DNA of 64,000 bases, taken from Ancylonema sp. Its lineage: Eukaryota. The translations under genes were made by a program, and so were the position numbers. The stretch is taken from the NCBI GenBank assembly GCA_050230475.1, contig JBFLGF010000040.1, forward strand, positions 1 to 64,000. Direction: 5' to 3'. The notes beneath the pieces are model-generated. The model saw only the letters and a program-made list of their open reading frames with translations. It was not told the origin of the DNA and did no database searches. Positions 13,801 to 26,897 of this stretch are shown here, one piece after another. Positions within the stretch are counted from its first letter, which is position 1, and every line of letters begins with the position of its first letter.

Positions 13801-14659
13801 GTCGACGGAGGTGACGGAGACGTTACTGCAAGCAGTAGGAACCGCGACGAGAATGATCCCCCGAGATCCACGATCCTGATCCCGATCGCTGCAGTCGTGG
13901 GTTTGGTGGTCTCGACAATTATGAGGTCAGCCATTGCTGATGTTGATTTCGTAGATTATGCATTGATATCAAGACATTGATTCACTAAAACGGAATGACA
14001 AAATTCTGACCGCCGACTTGGAACGCAGACTCGGCATGACGTCCCCCCACTGGAGGCCGAGGATGGGTGCCAAATTTCGGCGCCCGAAGCGTGCAGTAGA
14101 TTTTTGGTGCAACTTCGGTAAGCCGCAGCTGTGTAAGAAATACAAAATATGTCAGTCAAGAGAAGAAATTTGCTATGGAACATTTTTCTTATATATAATA
14201 CATATTCCCCTGACAACTACCATTAAAAATAAGTGACATGAAATATCAAGAATATCCACAAGAAGTAAAAAAAAAGGTGACATGAATCATGAAGATGATT
14301 CATGGTTCGTCATAAAAAAGTGAATATCGATGGAAACCTGCAAAGCCTACTTTTGATATAAACGCACGACATCAAACTCAATACACAAAATAACACCATT
14401 CTTTCAACAATCATTGAAATTCAAAGCACTCAATGTGACACACGCCCAAAATCTTGGTTGGTTTTGTGTGTGAACTTACAAGTGCACATGTGGTCTCCTA
14501 ATTTTGTACACCATACCAAAAACCCCCCCAACCCCATCCCTACCCCTTCCCTGACACAAAGCGGCCTGCCAAATTAATACCAACCTCTGCATATCATGAA
14601 CCCCATAACTAGGCAATTGAAGAGAATATATTTTGAAAGTTTCGAATATATTTTGAAAG

Positions 14660-16370
14660 TTTCTTGACGGCGCAATCTGACAGCGGAAGCAGGCAAATCT
14701 GTACAATGAAAATGTCTTTATGCTACGATTGTCTAATCGTAAAAACTAACTAGAGTTAATCGATATGGTTAATCGACAGGCTGTACTCTAGAAAGTTATA
14801 TTTAATCTTATTCAGACGTCAAGTATTCTTCGGCTGGATTTTATCGCCGGGATAATATCGACAAGTCAGAAATATCATCGTCGATAACAAAGTTGCGCTA
14901 AGCGCTGAACAATCGACACGCAGTCTATATTGTACGACTGCTGGATATTACACTCGGAAAATACGCCACGCGTTATTTTCGAGTTTACAAAAAGTTGTTG
15001 GATTTTGCGCTTCACACAAAAATGAAATCTTTATATCGAATCTGATTGCTTCTAACAAGGTATTTTACTAGAGAGGTCTGGATATTGTTACAAAGGGGTT
15101 TTACCCTTAACGATCCCTTACCCTTAGCGTCATGACAGGTGACGTGCGGTTTGGAGTCGGTTGCTCATGATGGGTTTCTGTAGAACTCAAAGGTGTCATC
15201 GATGTAGTTGATCGTTATAGGAGAGTATTGGACAGATGAAGTGTTGTAGGTTTGGACTTCTGAAGTCGATTGTTCGGCTTCAGCAACTGCTTCTTAATGT
15301 TCATGTCGTGTTCGAGGTGGCTCGGCTGTTCTCACTCCCCCCCCCCGGCTGCGGAACTGTCGTAAAGAAGCTGGGTCACAGCAGCAGACGAGTGTGCGAA
15401 AGATGATAGTGAGGTAACTAATAGTTGGTTGTTCGATCGGATGAATAAAGTTGTGTAGTGTGGGAATGGTTGTAGATTGGAGATGGTTGAATGTCAGGTG
15501 TGGAATCTGAAGGTTGGTTCAGCAATGAAAGTTGTTCCCGTTGACGTTGGCTGAGGTATGTTTCCAGGTGTGTGAAATGCCATGGTGTATAAAGTTGCGG
15601 AGTAGGTGAGGATGGTAGTGATGGTATAGTTTCCTCAATCAAATCTGGTAGACTATCGGGTAAAATATCAGAATCAGATAGTGAATCGATCGAAGTAGTG
15701 TATGGAGATAAGGTAAAATGTAGGTTGACTGGTGGTTGGGAAATGGGTGGAAGTATAGGTTGCTGAATTCCCAGAGTCATGTCAGTATAGCATTTGTAGT
15801 GTGCTTTGCCGTTGTGATAGCTTGGTAGGTTGTGTTTGGGTTGCCATTGTCGTTTTGGTTTATGTTGTTGCCAAGATGGTATTGTGGTAGTAGGATGTTG
15901 TATGAAAGTGGAATAAGATTGTTTTGTTGGTTTGGTCTTTTTGTTGGCAGGCTTTGAAGTTGTCCCCTGTCGGTATTGTTTCCTGTTCCTCCCCCCCGGT
16001 GTTGGTATTGGTGCATACCTGGTGTCCGGGGTGAGGGTTGATTCCTTTGTGGTGAGTCCCAATGAAGTCTCGCGAGAAAGGTAGTGATGCGGTCATCCAT
16101 GCAGTGCCCCAAGAATTGTACACGTGTGGGTTGGTCAATCATCTTGTGGTGCAGTGATTCCGTTCTGGAGTTCCAATGCACGTTCCAATTCGTATGGTGT
16201 GGGTGCCTGCCATTGCTGAAGGTTTACGTCGTACACCATGCCACATCCCGGTGTTCCATCTGGTTGTATGAAATAATATGGTGAGTCTAGGTATGGTGGA
16301 AGTTGTGGAAAGACGCAACGGGGTTGCTCATATATGTTCGGGGTGTGTGGTGTAGCTTCCTCCTTAGAGA
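14660..16370 (-). mobile_element. Split-direct-repeat element fragment (internal region-PPT-B1-5' part of A)
   Basis: PPT at 15335-15346 (minus). B1 at 15140-15334 is a close inverted copy of 7497-7670. The junction reads ACGTCA-CC-TGTCA. 14660-15137 is homologous to 35410-35895. The upstream boundary is approximate. Confidence 0.75.
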
Positions 16371-19330
16371 CAGGTACAATGTATAGTGTGTCAATGTATC
16401 AAGGGTTTCAAGTGTATAGCTATAGCAAGATTGGGAATCACTATGTTAACTGAAAATATACATATAATCGGTATTTCACTCTTAAAAGTGATGAAGAACA
16501 AGGCATTGTTGTTTCGGAACGATAGGACGAATTGAAACGCACCTAAGGTGTGTATGAAGATAATGGAAAAAAAAAGGTAATTTTGGTGTTTTTTAAAGGA
16601 AGACACTTCGAGTTAAAATAAACCATACCTTTAATTTAAGCCGAACATCGACTTCAAAGGCATCACATTCGAGATGAAAGAGAAGTACATTTTTAGTTGG
16701 TTATGAGATCATGTGGTTTACTACCTTCCGATGAGTTCATCTGACTCGGATGTTATCATGTACGGTGCGATACTAACACCAACGCTCAGCTCGCGTTACA
16801 TGTATCATAACTTTGTGTCCAAATTGTTTTCGGATTATTAAAAAGTTGTTCATTGCTTGACAGCACACCTCGCAGGTTCAGCACACGCGAGTGAATGAGT
16901 ATGTAAGTTCGTGAGGTGTCAAGGGCTGAAATAATAACGTGACACCAAATCATCCGCCGGCAGGGCGATGGCAGGAGATCCCAAGAATGAAATCGGTTTT
17001 GTTGGCGTAAAAAATAAAGGCAGAATCCACGACGATCTTGATCTTACAAGTTATAAGTCTCGCGCCCAAACTCAGATCCCAAGTGTTTTAGAATCTATAA
17101 CACTATAACCTATTATCTAAAATTATCACAGGTGGAGTTTTGTAAGGGTCCAGCATTTTCGTGGGCCTTACAAAAGGATAAGGAGGCTTCTACAGAAGTG
17201 AGAGAAACCTAAAAAACGCGGAGTGGTTCGAAGTTCGAACTTCGAACCAAACATAAAAAAGGTGGATCTAACAAAGACAACGAATTTTAACGAATGCACA
17301 ACACGAAACTATTGCAAGCCAACACCATTACTATATTTTGAGCTTGGACGTTTTTGACAAGGTGTGACAATGTGTGAGCAGAACACTACTTCACCTTGGT
17401 CAGGGAAGGGAGAAGGATAAGTGAAAGAAAGTAGCACACATGGAAAGGCAATCATTCTTTGACTTTTAGGTGTGTGGACTACAACGGTATAACGGTATAA
17501 CTTTAATCTGTCGCGACCAAGAACAAAAAAAAACTTCAAGCAAGTTGTTAACGTTTCCTAACAATTCCGGTTTCAGGAATCCGGTTTCGGGTACCGAAAT
17601 ATTACATTCCTTTAGAGAGGTTATTCATTTCAGGAGTATTGGCGCTCGCGTCCCGAGCGTGCCCCGAGCGCGCTCAATCTCGAGCGCGCTTTGTACAACG
17701 CTCGCGAATCTTCACAGCGGCTCGTGACGGATGTCGGACCTTCATACAACTACAACCCCCAGGTTTTCATTCAAAGACTCCCGAGGTAGTTTTATGTGGC
17801 TTTCATCCTCTTCTACATACATATACAACCATACATACGAATATATTGATATCGATACTTTATTGATAAATAATCAAAAATAAGTTATGAAAGTTATTAT
17901 ACGTACGAGTACGCACAAGTTTTCTAGTGTGACGCGAACATGCTTACATGTTTTACAAGACGCAATTATTCTCTAGAGATGAAGAACTAGTGTCACTCGC
18001 TTAAATTGTAGAGCCATCTGTATATATCTTTTGAACGCCAGCAAGGACGAAAAGGTACAGAGAAGTACAAAAATACGTCCCGTCAGCAGAGCAATTTCCG
18101 CGCGCCACCGGACGGCGCGCAATGATTGAATCGAACAGGAATTCGCGATTTTCATATCTGCAAACTTGAATTAAGTCTTCGTTCAGCGATCCAAGTCAAA
18201 TTTGGATCATTGATGATGATGACCGGAAGAAAATCAGGCATGTAACAGTTGCATTCAGGCGCCATGTGGCACCATCTGGACGATTTCTATTACTTCACAC
18301 GTACAACCGACAAGTCGTTATTACTTCGTCGTCGTGTTCTCATTGTACTTGCTCGTCATCTGGGCAGCCTTTCTCCGTGTCATAACTACTGAACCGAGGA
18401 GAAGAGCAGCACGCACGTGTCATTCACGCGTGACTCCCTACTGTTTGGATTTCAAAGCTTGTCGGAATGTGCTCCACTGTTTGTGTTCGGATTCGTACTT
18501 TTGGATAGAGTTTCGTACACTGTACTTGCTGCTGTGCGTTGCTGTCTACGAGAACCTGAAGACGGGTAGCTTTTGTCGTTACCCTCGGTAGTTTGTAGTA
18601 GCCGATCTATGGTATTAGTGCACGTGCCCGAATCCATCGTTTGGAGAGCTCGGTAATGTTAACGCTCGTCAGAGAAGGAAAGAAAAACGTACTCTGCGCG
18701 TCGATCGCTGGGTCATCATACGGTGTACCGTTGGGATCCAGTTTGTAATTGGAGACAGCCTGGAGGTAACTTGAAGAGACCTGTCAATGAGGGACCAAAT
18801 ATGACTGATGGAACGTAAGCAAAAGCTTCCTGAAATATATTGGAAGCAATGACCAATGGCGGCGGGCCAGAGCGAGAGCTTGAACTCTTTCCACCAAGAC
18901 CCAAGGTACATTTCGCCATATTTTGAATGATCGTGTAATATTTAGGGCCGTAAGATCGATGTGTCCTCCACTCGCTGCGTGTATCCAGTGAACCATGATA
19001 CCTTGCCATTCTCGCCTCACACGATTTCAAAATCCTGATCGCCTCCTTTGATACATGTACGATCACGAATTCGATCTTCTCCCGGATGTGATGTAGTGAT
19101 GTAGTGATGTAGTCCCTACACTCAAACGGCATCCTGCACGGCCGGCAATTCAGTGTTAGTCTGTCTACTAATCTTTTCTCACGGCACAATTTGTATGACT
19201 GTGTCACGGAAGTAGAAAGCCGGAGCCCAGCCGTTATTCCAGGATTTATGAATGCCACCTGGCGATGCCTACGCAGCTCACGTCGCCAGCCGACCTTCCT
19301 GCTCCAACAGTAGCAGCCTAAACTCCAGAT

Positions 19331-21284
19331 ATGATCTGTTTCCCGTCTGATCCATCCCGTTCTCTAAACTCGATCCTCCCATCTTCCCCTTGGCAGATAC
19401 TACCTTCCCTGCAGCAATACCTTCCCCTGCCTGCCCCCAACCCCCCCCCTAATCCACTCGCCTACCCCACTCTATACCCGCCCCTCGCACCTTCCCCGCT
19501 CCGTCCTCCCCCTCAGGCACAGAGTCTGAGTCTCGGCCTCTCTCTTTCCACCCCTCTCCACCCCCACCCACTTTTCGAACAGGCGGGAAACCAGCCTCTC
19601 GCAGCCAACCCCCACTCCTACCTTCCCAACCCCGCCCAACCACCCTACCCTCGTCAGGCGGACTCGGCAGGGCCCGCACGTGATCACTATGCCCACTACT
19701 TCTCCAACTGGCCAGAGGGGTTGCTTCCGCCCCAAACCCTCCCCCCCAACCAGACCCCGCGCCCCCCCCCCCACCCCAACCGCGGCCCTCTCCAGATCAT
19801 GGCCGTGCCTCTCTACTCCTCGGGGGGGTCCATCGCAGAAGCCATCCCACTTCGTGCCTCGGACGCCTCTTCCGGCTGCGCCAACATCCACGTGGACCCC
19901 TCTCAACACGCCAGCGGTGCTTACACCTGGCAGCTCTTGGGCGGGCCCGCTGGTAACCTGGGTGCGCCACGCGGCGCCACGCACAACGAGCCCTGGAGCC
20001 CGCCTGCCTCCTTCCCGCAGCTCCAGTCGGGAAGAAACGCACAGGGCGGGGAGGTGGGCCGAGGGGGAGAGTTGCTGATGTCAGCAAACAACCCCCTGCT
20101 GATGGCAGCTCAGTGGGATGACGTCAGCCGCAGAGTCCCTGGCACGACGCCTCAAACCTTCCGTCCGGTTGGGGAGCGGCTGGGGGGTGCAGAGGGCATC
20201 GGGGGTAGGGTGCCAGGGGGAGGAGTTGGGGGAGCAGGGCCCCAACTTCTCTGGGGGTTGGGCCAGATGGGGGAAATGGCGGTTGGCCAGGTGGCAGGAA
20301 AAAGAGGGTGGGATGGGGAGGGTGAGGCACAGATGCTGCTACCGGAAGGATACGGGCGCATGAACCGGGACCCATTCCTCACACTCAGCCAGTGTGAATA
20401 CGGCAGCGGGGGGACGTCCGGTCAAGAAGGGAGCACAGGGGGGGAAGGCGAAGGCAGGGGGGGAGGGGGAGGGGGAGGGGGAGGGGGAGGGGGGAGGGGG
20501 AGGGGGGGAGTGGCTTGGCGGAAGTGTCCTTCTTCGTAATCGAGCCAACACGGAGCCCCCCCCCGCAGCAGCCGCCTTCATTCTTACGGCAGACGAGGAC
20601 GACCTTCTCCGAAAGTACCCCCACCGAGTTGACTTGCGGGCTCAGACGGATCCCCGCATTTTGAGGAGACGAATGCAGGGCAGGGTGAGGCAGAAGAGGT
20701 ACTCGGAGAAGAAGCGGCTGGCGTTAGCGAGGGAGATAGGTGCAAGGGGGGGGGAGGGAGGGGCGGCGGGGATGGGGGGGGGGGCGGAGGGGGAAGGGGG
20801 GGGGGGGTCTCAGAGCGGCGGCAGCGACGGGGGGGACCCGCTTCTGGCGCAAGGGGGGCAGAAGTGGGAGGGTTTGGGAGGAAGTCCGCCTGGCCTGCCT
20901 GCACGTGCGGGGAGACTGCCAGGTGGCACGGCCAGGGACGACGCGGTGGAGGCGGGGGGTGGACGGGGCCCTCCAGAAGAGAAAGTCTGGCAGGGGTTTG
21001 ACCAGGGGTTTGACCAGGGGTTTGACCAGGGGTTGGCTGCAGCTGGGGGGAGGTGGGGGAACCGGTCTGATAGTCATGGCAGTGGGGGGGTGTCTTTTGC
21101 GTGGGTTCATCGACCAGGGAGGCATGGAGGGGTTCCTGTGCAAGATGTTGTTCCACCCGCTCCGTTTGAGAGTGTTTCCGATCTGAAGGACTTTTTGGGG
21201 AACTTGGAGGCTGGGAGTGGAGGATGGGGAAGCGAGAGGCAAGGCGGGGTAGGAGGAGGGGGGGTGGGGGGAGGCTTGAGATAG
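19331..21284 (+). CDS. Pro/Gly-rich protein with bZIP-like basic region (two overlapping ORFs, probably one gene)
   Basis: The 402-aa and 296-aa ORFs overlap across a poly-G tract (~20450-20510), suggesting an indel or sequencing error. The second contains VDLRAQTDPRILRRRMQGRVRQKRYSEKKR, resembling a bZIP basic region. Confidence 0.5.
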
Positions 21285-22808
21285 AGAAGGCGGGAGTGAG
21301 GGTGGAGGGGAGCAGCCAATCGAATTCATATGTTAGTAGAGACTGGTAGGAGCCGAAATAGTTTTAGGATCACAACAGAGTCCAGCGCGAACATTAAGGA
21401 GGTTTTTATGTGTGGCCTAGACACGGGCACCGAGAAACCCACTTCCTCAACCGTGGATTGATGCCGAATCGGTGCTCTACTTATTGGTCGTTAGTCACAG
21501 GTTTGCGGTACGAGCAACCTTGATTCAGGTCGGAGAGTTGTCCAGTTGTATATTGGTTCCGTAGGGGCTGTGAATGGATCAAAATAGTTATGGCTGTGGT
21601 TGCTCCAGGCTCCTTGTTTCAGTGGAGAACTAACTCCCTGTTCTTTTTTCGACTTCTCCAGGTCGGCGCACCTACTTTTACTCGTAGTCACGCATGCTGG
21701 CTGCACAGAATTAGCTATGTTGCCATGCATGTTGTAAACATTGTTTCATAATTTTAGAGACTGTTCGAACATTCTTGAGTTATTTGCGATTTAATATCGA
21801 GCTTTTTTGGTAAACAATGGACTCAATATCCTGTCGTCAACGAGCTTGAGGTGGGAAAATAGTTCGTGCACATGGCATAAGCGATGACTTGTGAAAAGGT
21901 GATCGCGGTCGAGTTGTTTGAGTTGGCAAATGACGTGTGAGCGAATGCAATTGATGTGATGCAGCAATCACAACTTCATCCATGCTTGTGTAGCATCAAT
22001 CTACAAAGATTCCGTACCTACATCTGAGGAGAAATTACCACTTACATTTTCGAAAACATGGAGAGACACTCTATCAGCTACGGTATCAGATCTCATATCA
22101 GTTTCTTGAGCTCTTAACTCTAAGCCTAAAATAGTAAAAGGCCATACTTGTTTGCGTGGTCCATGTTAGTGCTCTGGTGAGTGAATTCGTGAAGCTTCAA
22201 AGTTTGAAGCTTTACGCTGTACATACATTGTTCGAAGTTCAAACAATGTATAAATCGCTTCCATTGTACAATGAGGGGTTTATAGGAACTCGGAACAGTC
22301 GTAACATGTCCTTTTCACCCCTCCTAAACAACGCCGAGAATATACACAGCAGTACATTGAAAACAAATGTAAATAGAAATTCTTATAATTGCAGCCATAT
22401 GTTTCAAACCCCATGAATCTCTTTCCAACCGTCGTTTCCCCCAACCCAAAAAATCATCCCGTACACGTCGAGTAACTTATTTCGGGCTTCCAGCCTGGAG
22501 CAAACACGAAGACAACATTCTGAAGGAAGAACTTTGAATACCTATACGACAATTAACGGTGCTGAAAACGAATCCCCGATTCCAAATATTACGACAAATG
22601 CTTCAACAATGGGACCATGCTATGCAAGACCAACTCGAACGGTGTTCACCAATTTGAGCCACAACTACAGCCGTAAAGCTACCGAGTCCAAAAGTGAACT
22701 ATCCCAAAAGAGAGGCCAGTTTCGAACATGTCATCCATCTCCCACATTCACATGTCTACTGATCCTTTCGGATCTCCCACTAGGTAGACCTCGTTTGCTC
22801 AATGAAAA

Positions 22809-22911
22809 CTAAACTTTGGCAGCCGCCATTTTGTTGCAATATGTCCACTTGACCGCATCCGACTTGAGATACGCCTCCAGCTGCCAGATACACACAGCAT
22901 CAGATAGTCAG

Positions 22912-22943
<32 letters not shown>

Positions 22944-24567
22944 GAACCAGTTTTTCGTATCCATTAAAAATTGGAAACCATTGTAGGCTCTCCATACCAT
23001 TGTGTTGCCGCCATCCAATAGCGCACTCTACAGCGTTGGTTATCTTGGAATAAGAAAGACAAAGGAGCAACCGAGTACTACAGTCGATAGGTGGATTGAA
23101 ACAGTAGCAGCAGCTATACAGGGTCATCTCTGCAGAAAGGCCTCTCTTTGGTCCCCTACCACTCTACTGGCCACTCCTATCCCAATTAAATTTACTGTCA
23201 GCTTGATAGTATTGCAGGCCTTCTGCTCACTACATCATGAAGAAAAAGAGGTTTAAGAGAAATCACCTGAGGCAAAGCAGCAACTCGAGCAGTGAAGGTT
23301 TTCAAGTTCGGGAAGGCTTCCAGGCTGCCCGGCACAAATACGCGCTGGAACTCCATGGTTTCAAACAGCAGGAAGTCGGTCCATGAGATTTTGCTCCCTA
23401 GTACGAAGTCCTTTCCTTCAAGAAAATCCTCCAGACGCTTTGCATGATACAGCCAGCTGTCCCCTTTCTGCACCTTCAGTTCTTCGTAGTTTGGCTCATA
23501 GGCCGCAGCTGGGGAAAGGAGGACAGGGAGAAGGGGTCCGGAATCAGGCTTGTTGATCAATGGGAAACTCGGGAGCTTGTGGTCATCGCTTTAATGATAT
23601 AAAGGATCTCTTGCCTCTGAGAAATGCCTTTTTTCACATTTCAGATAGCCAGCTGGCCGGCCGGCCTTCCACGACTCTCTTCAGAAATACTCAAAATGAC
23701 CCAAAAAATTGGTTCCCGACAATCCACAGATTCATCGAGTGACCCACGACTTTGTGGAGGCTGAAAGACAAATGGAACTTACAGTAGAGAGGGTCTCTCC
23801 AGTCGTTTAGCTGATCGGCTACCTGGAACACGAACAAAATGACATGTTTTGTCGAAACTTCAATTTTAGCTTTGACGAGATTAGTAGATAGCCAGGGATT
23901 TTATCATGAACAATTTGTGAAGGAAAAGAAAACGTCATCTTTTGTAGCTAGATTTACGTTAAGGGGTTGTTAGCTGCCATAGTTGTTCTTGATTGATCCC
24001 ACGCAGGTGTCAGTACCCCTTGATCTCCATGAGCTTTCAATGCATCTTGGTCACAGTCTTTGATAATCACAGATTATGAATCACATTTTTTATTTCCAGC
24101 ATGAAGGATAACTTGATGATCGGTGCTCGTCATCATGGACTTCATAGTTGCGCTGAATGAGTTACAAGAAATAAAAACACCAGGGACAATCCAGATCAAT
24201 ATTTGCTCCAAGTTTCGATCCATTATTATTCAGTATTTTTGCGAAACCGCAGTTATGGCTTCTTCACCATATCGAGAACTGCAGACTCTTCTGGGCCGGA
24301 TCCTGCCAGTCCGAGCTTTTTGCCTAAGTATCGCAGAATGGCCAGGCTTTGAGTGACCTTGAATTCGCCGTCAACGAGGTAAGGAAGGTTGGGAAAGGGC
24401 ATTCCTAGAGTGAACTTCTTCTCTGTCCAGCACGTATCATCATAGTCGGGCGCTTCACCGCACTCGTAAAGCACTTCCTCAAATTCAGTTGCGGTATAAT
24501 GGAGAAGCAGCCTGATAGGACCGGCCCAGCCGCGGATCTTCCAGTAACCAAGCTGCATGGGAGCCAT
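22809..24567 (-). CDS. Glutathione S-transferase, Mu-class-like (4 exons, 217 aa)
   Basis: Exons 24268-24567, 23783-23822, 23267-23508 and 22809-22880, with GT-AG introns and consistent phases. Motifs LGYWKIRG, Mu loop GEAPDYD, FPNLPYLVDG..TQSLAILRY, and KISWTDFLLFE. Confidence 0.93.
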
Positions 24568-25814
24568 TCAAGACGAAATTAAGTGCTGCATTCAGAGAAA
24601 AAATCACAGAAGTTCTGAATGCGACCTTAGCGCTGTGGCTTCCTGGTGAAGGTCAGAGCGTCTCCACAGACGCGTCCACGGGCCGACTCGAACTTCATGC
24701 TGGCGGGTGCGTCCTGTAGACGCCATCGATAACTAGGCCGTACAATATGTACGGCGTCACAACTCCCGATCGGAATCATATCGTGGTAAATGTTCGTACC
24801 CTCAACTCAGAATCCCGACAATTGTGTCAGGTACTTCAGGTACTTCAGGTACTGCTCCCGGCAATTCGGCACCAATTCAAGTTTGCAGATATGGAAATCG
24901 CGAATTCCTGTTCGATTCAATCATTGCGCGCCGTCCGGCGGCGCGCGGAAATTGCTCTGGTGACGGGACATATTTCTGTACTTCACTGTACCTTTTCATC
25001 CTTGCTGGCGTTCAAAAAGGTACGAAATGTCAGAAGTTGGAAACCCTGAATCAGGACAAAAAACGTCGCTGAAATCTTCGTTTGCAATGATTGCGATGTG
25101 ATGATTAGAAGTTCCAAAAAGCCGAAATACCCAGCCCCGGAGCAGGGTACCCAGCGGCACAGGTTCCCTAGCAAAACCTCAACCAGAATCTACCAAGGTC
25201 ATCATTACTGCTTGCCTGGCGGTCCGAGCTGGCCGAATTTGACGTCTCACGTCCTACGTGGCTACATGTTAGAGCATATCTGCAACAAATTTTGTGCGTC
25301 GTGCGGGCATGGTCATCATTACAAAAACATTGGTCGGTAATCATTGCAAATGCCGAACCTGGTTTATTTCCCTCGGTACTGTCATAGCCTGCGAGTATAT
25401 TGTCGCAACCAGGAAATCGGCCGTCAACCAGAAAATACTCACGAGAAACACGTTGCTGACATGGAGTGACATGGCAGCGAAACCGGGACCAAAACTGCGG
25501 AACTGCATATCTGCAAGCAAGTAATGAGATCTCCGCGAGGTGGAGTACTTCAAAACGATTCCATTCGCACCCGGCTTCTTCCGCCAAGAACAAACTTCGT
25601 CATCCGGTTACTCACTTTTCCGCACACTGCTGACGTCATCGTCGTCATCGTCATCGTAGCCCTAAGACGACCAAGTCTGTTGGGTCTGTTGCAACACACT
25701 GAAGACATTCACAAATTTCGTTGTAGTACGGGAGGAATTAATTTTAGGGAAGGGTGATCTTTCACATTTGTCCGCCTGCCCAGCTAGCGAGGATTTTTTT
25801 TGCTGGGGGCCTTC

Positions 25815-26897
25815 ATGGAGAATTCTTCTGTCGTGCGGTTCGGTATTCTAGGGTGTGCCGAGATCGCTCGTAAGAACATTCGTGCGATGCACATGGTGAA
25901 AGACGTCGTGGCTTATGCGATCGGCAGCAGATCTCTAGAATAGGCGGCTAAATTTGCCGAAGAAGTAAAACTGAACAATGGCTATAAAATATACGGAAGC
26001 TATCAAGAAGTGCTGGATGATCCGGACGTTGATGCTGTGTACATACCTTTGCCAACAGGCCTCCACGTGGAATGGTGCTGCAAAGCCGCGGAAAAGAAGA
26101 AGCATATACTGCTGGAGAAACCTCCTGCACTGACTGTGAGCGATATGGACCAGATTTTAGAAGCATGCAGCAGCAATGGCGTACAGCTGATGGACGGTAC
26201 AATGTGGATGCACAATCCTCGGACGAAATTGATACACGACATTGTATCAGATCCAGCTCAGCTAGGGACGCACAGAAAAATGAATGTCTCTTTCGACTTT
26301 TGCGGAGACGAGGATTTCCTCAACAATGATATTCGCGTAATGCCTGGCCTGGAGGGGTTGGGGTGCTTGGGGGATCTTGGCTGGTACTGCATCCGGGCGT
26401 CTCTCTGGGCCAACGATTTTGAACTGCCAGATACGGTCACCGCCCTTCCTTTTCCTGTTAAGAATGAAGCTGGCGTCCTCCTGGACTGCGGAGCTCAACT
26501 GAAGTGGAAGGGCGGAAGGACAGCTGTCTTCGATTGTAGCTTCATCTCGCACTTCCGTCAAAGTGTCAACATAGTTGGTACAAAGGCAGTGGTTTCTTGG
26601 GAAGACTTCTGCATTCCAGACAACGAGACAGTATGCACCTATCGCGTTTCAACATCGGGGGGGTTGGAAAAGAATGCAACGCGGGTGACCACTCAACACG
26701 CTGTGGTCGAAGTTCCCATGCCGCTACCTCAAGAAGCATTCATGATTGCCGCTATGGCAACTATAGTTCGTAGGTTGAGGGATGGCTCAGGGGGACTGGA
26801 CCCTCAATGGCCAAAAATCGCAAGGCTAACTCAGGTAATAGTCAACGCAGTCTTACAATCTATTGAGAAAGAATGTGCCACCATTCAGGTTGCATAA
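25815..26897 (+). pseudogene. Gfo/Idh/MocA-family NAD(P)-dependent oxidoreductase, intronless, with in-frame TAG at codon 43
   Basis: ATG at 25815 gives VRFGILGCAEIARK (Rossmann fold). TAG at 25941-25943 falls in GSRSLE*A. The frame continues DDPDVDAVYIPLPTGLH, LLEKP, GCLGDLGWYC to TAA at 26897. The family call is firm; pseudogene versus base error is unresolved. Confidence 0.8.

Noticed and set aside
11813..13934. Cluster of short ORFs as a possible decayed gene or transposase
   Set aside because: No coherent frame or family motif could be recognised.
15418..16062. 214-aa Thr/Pro/Gln-rich ORF as a host gene
   Set aside because: Low complexity, and it lies inside a retroelement fragment just upstream of its PPT.
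18716..19258. 180-aa minus-strand ORF
   Set aside because: No recognisable motif or splice support, so it cannot be called from sequence alone.
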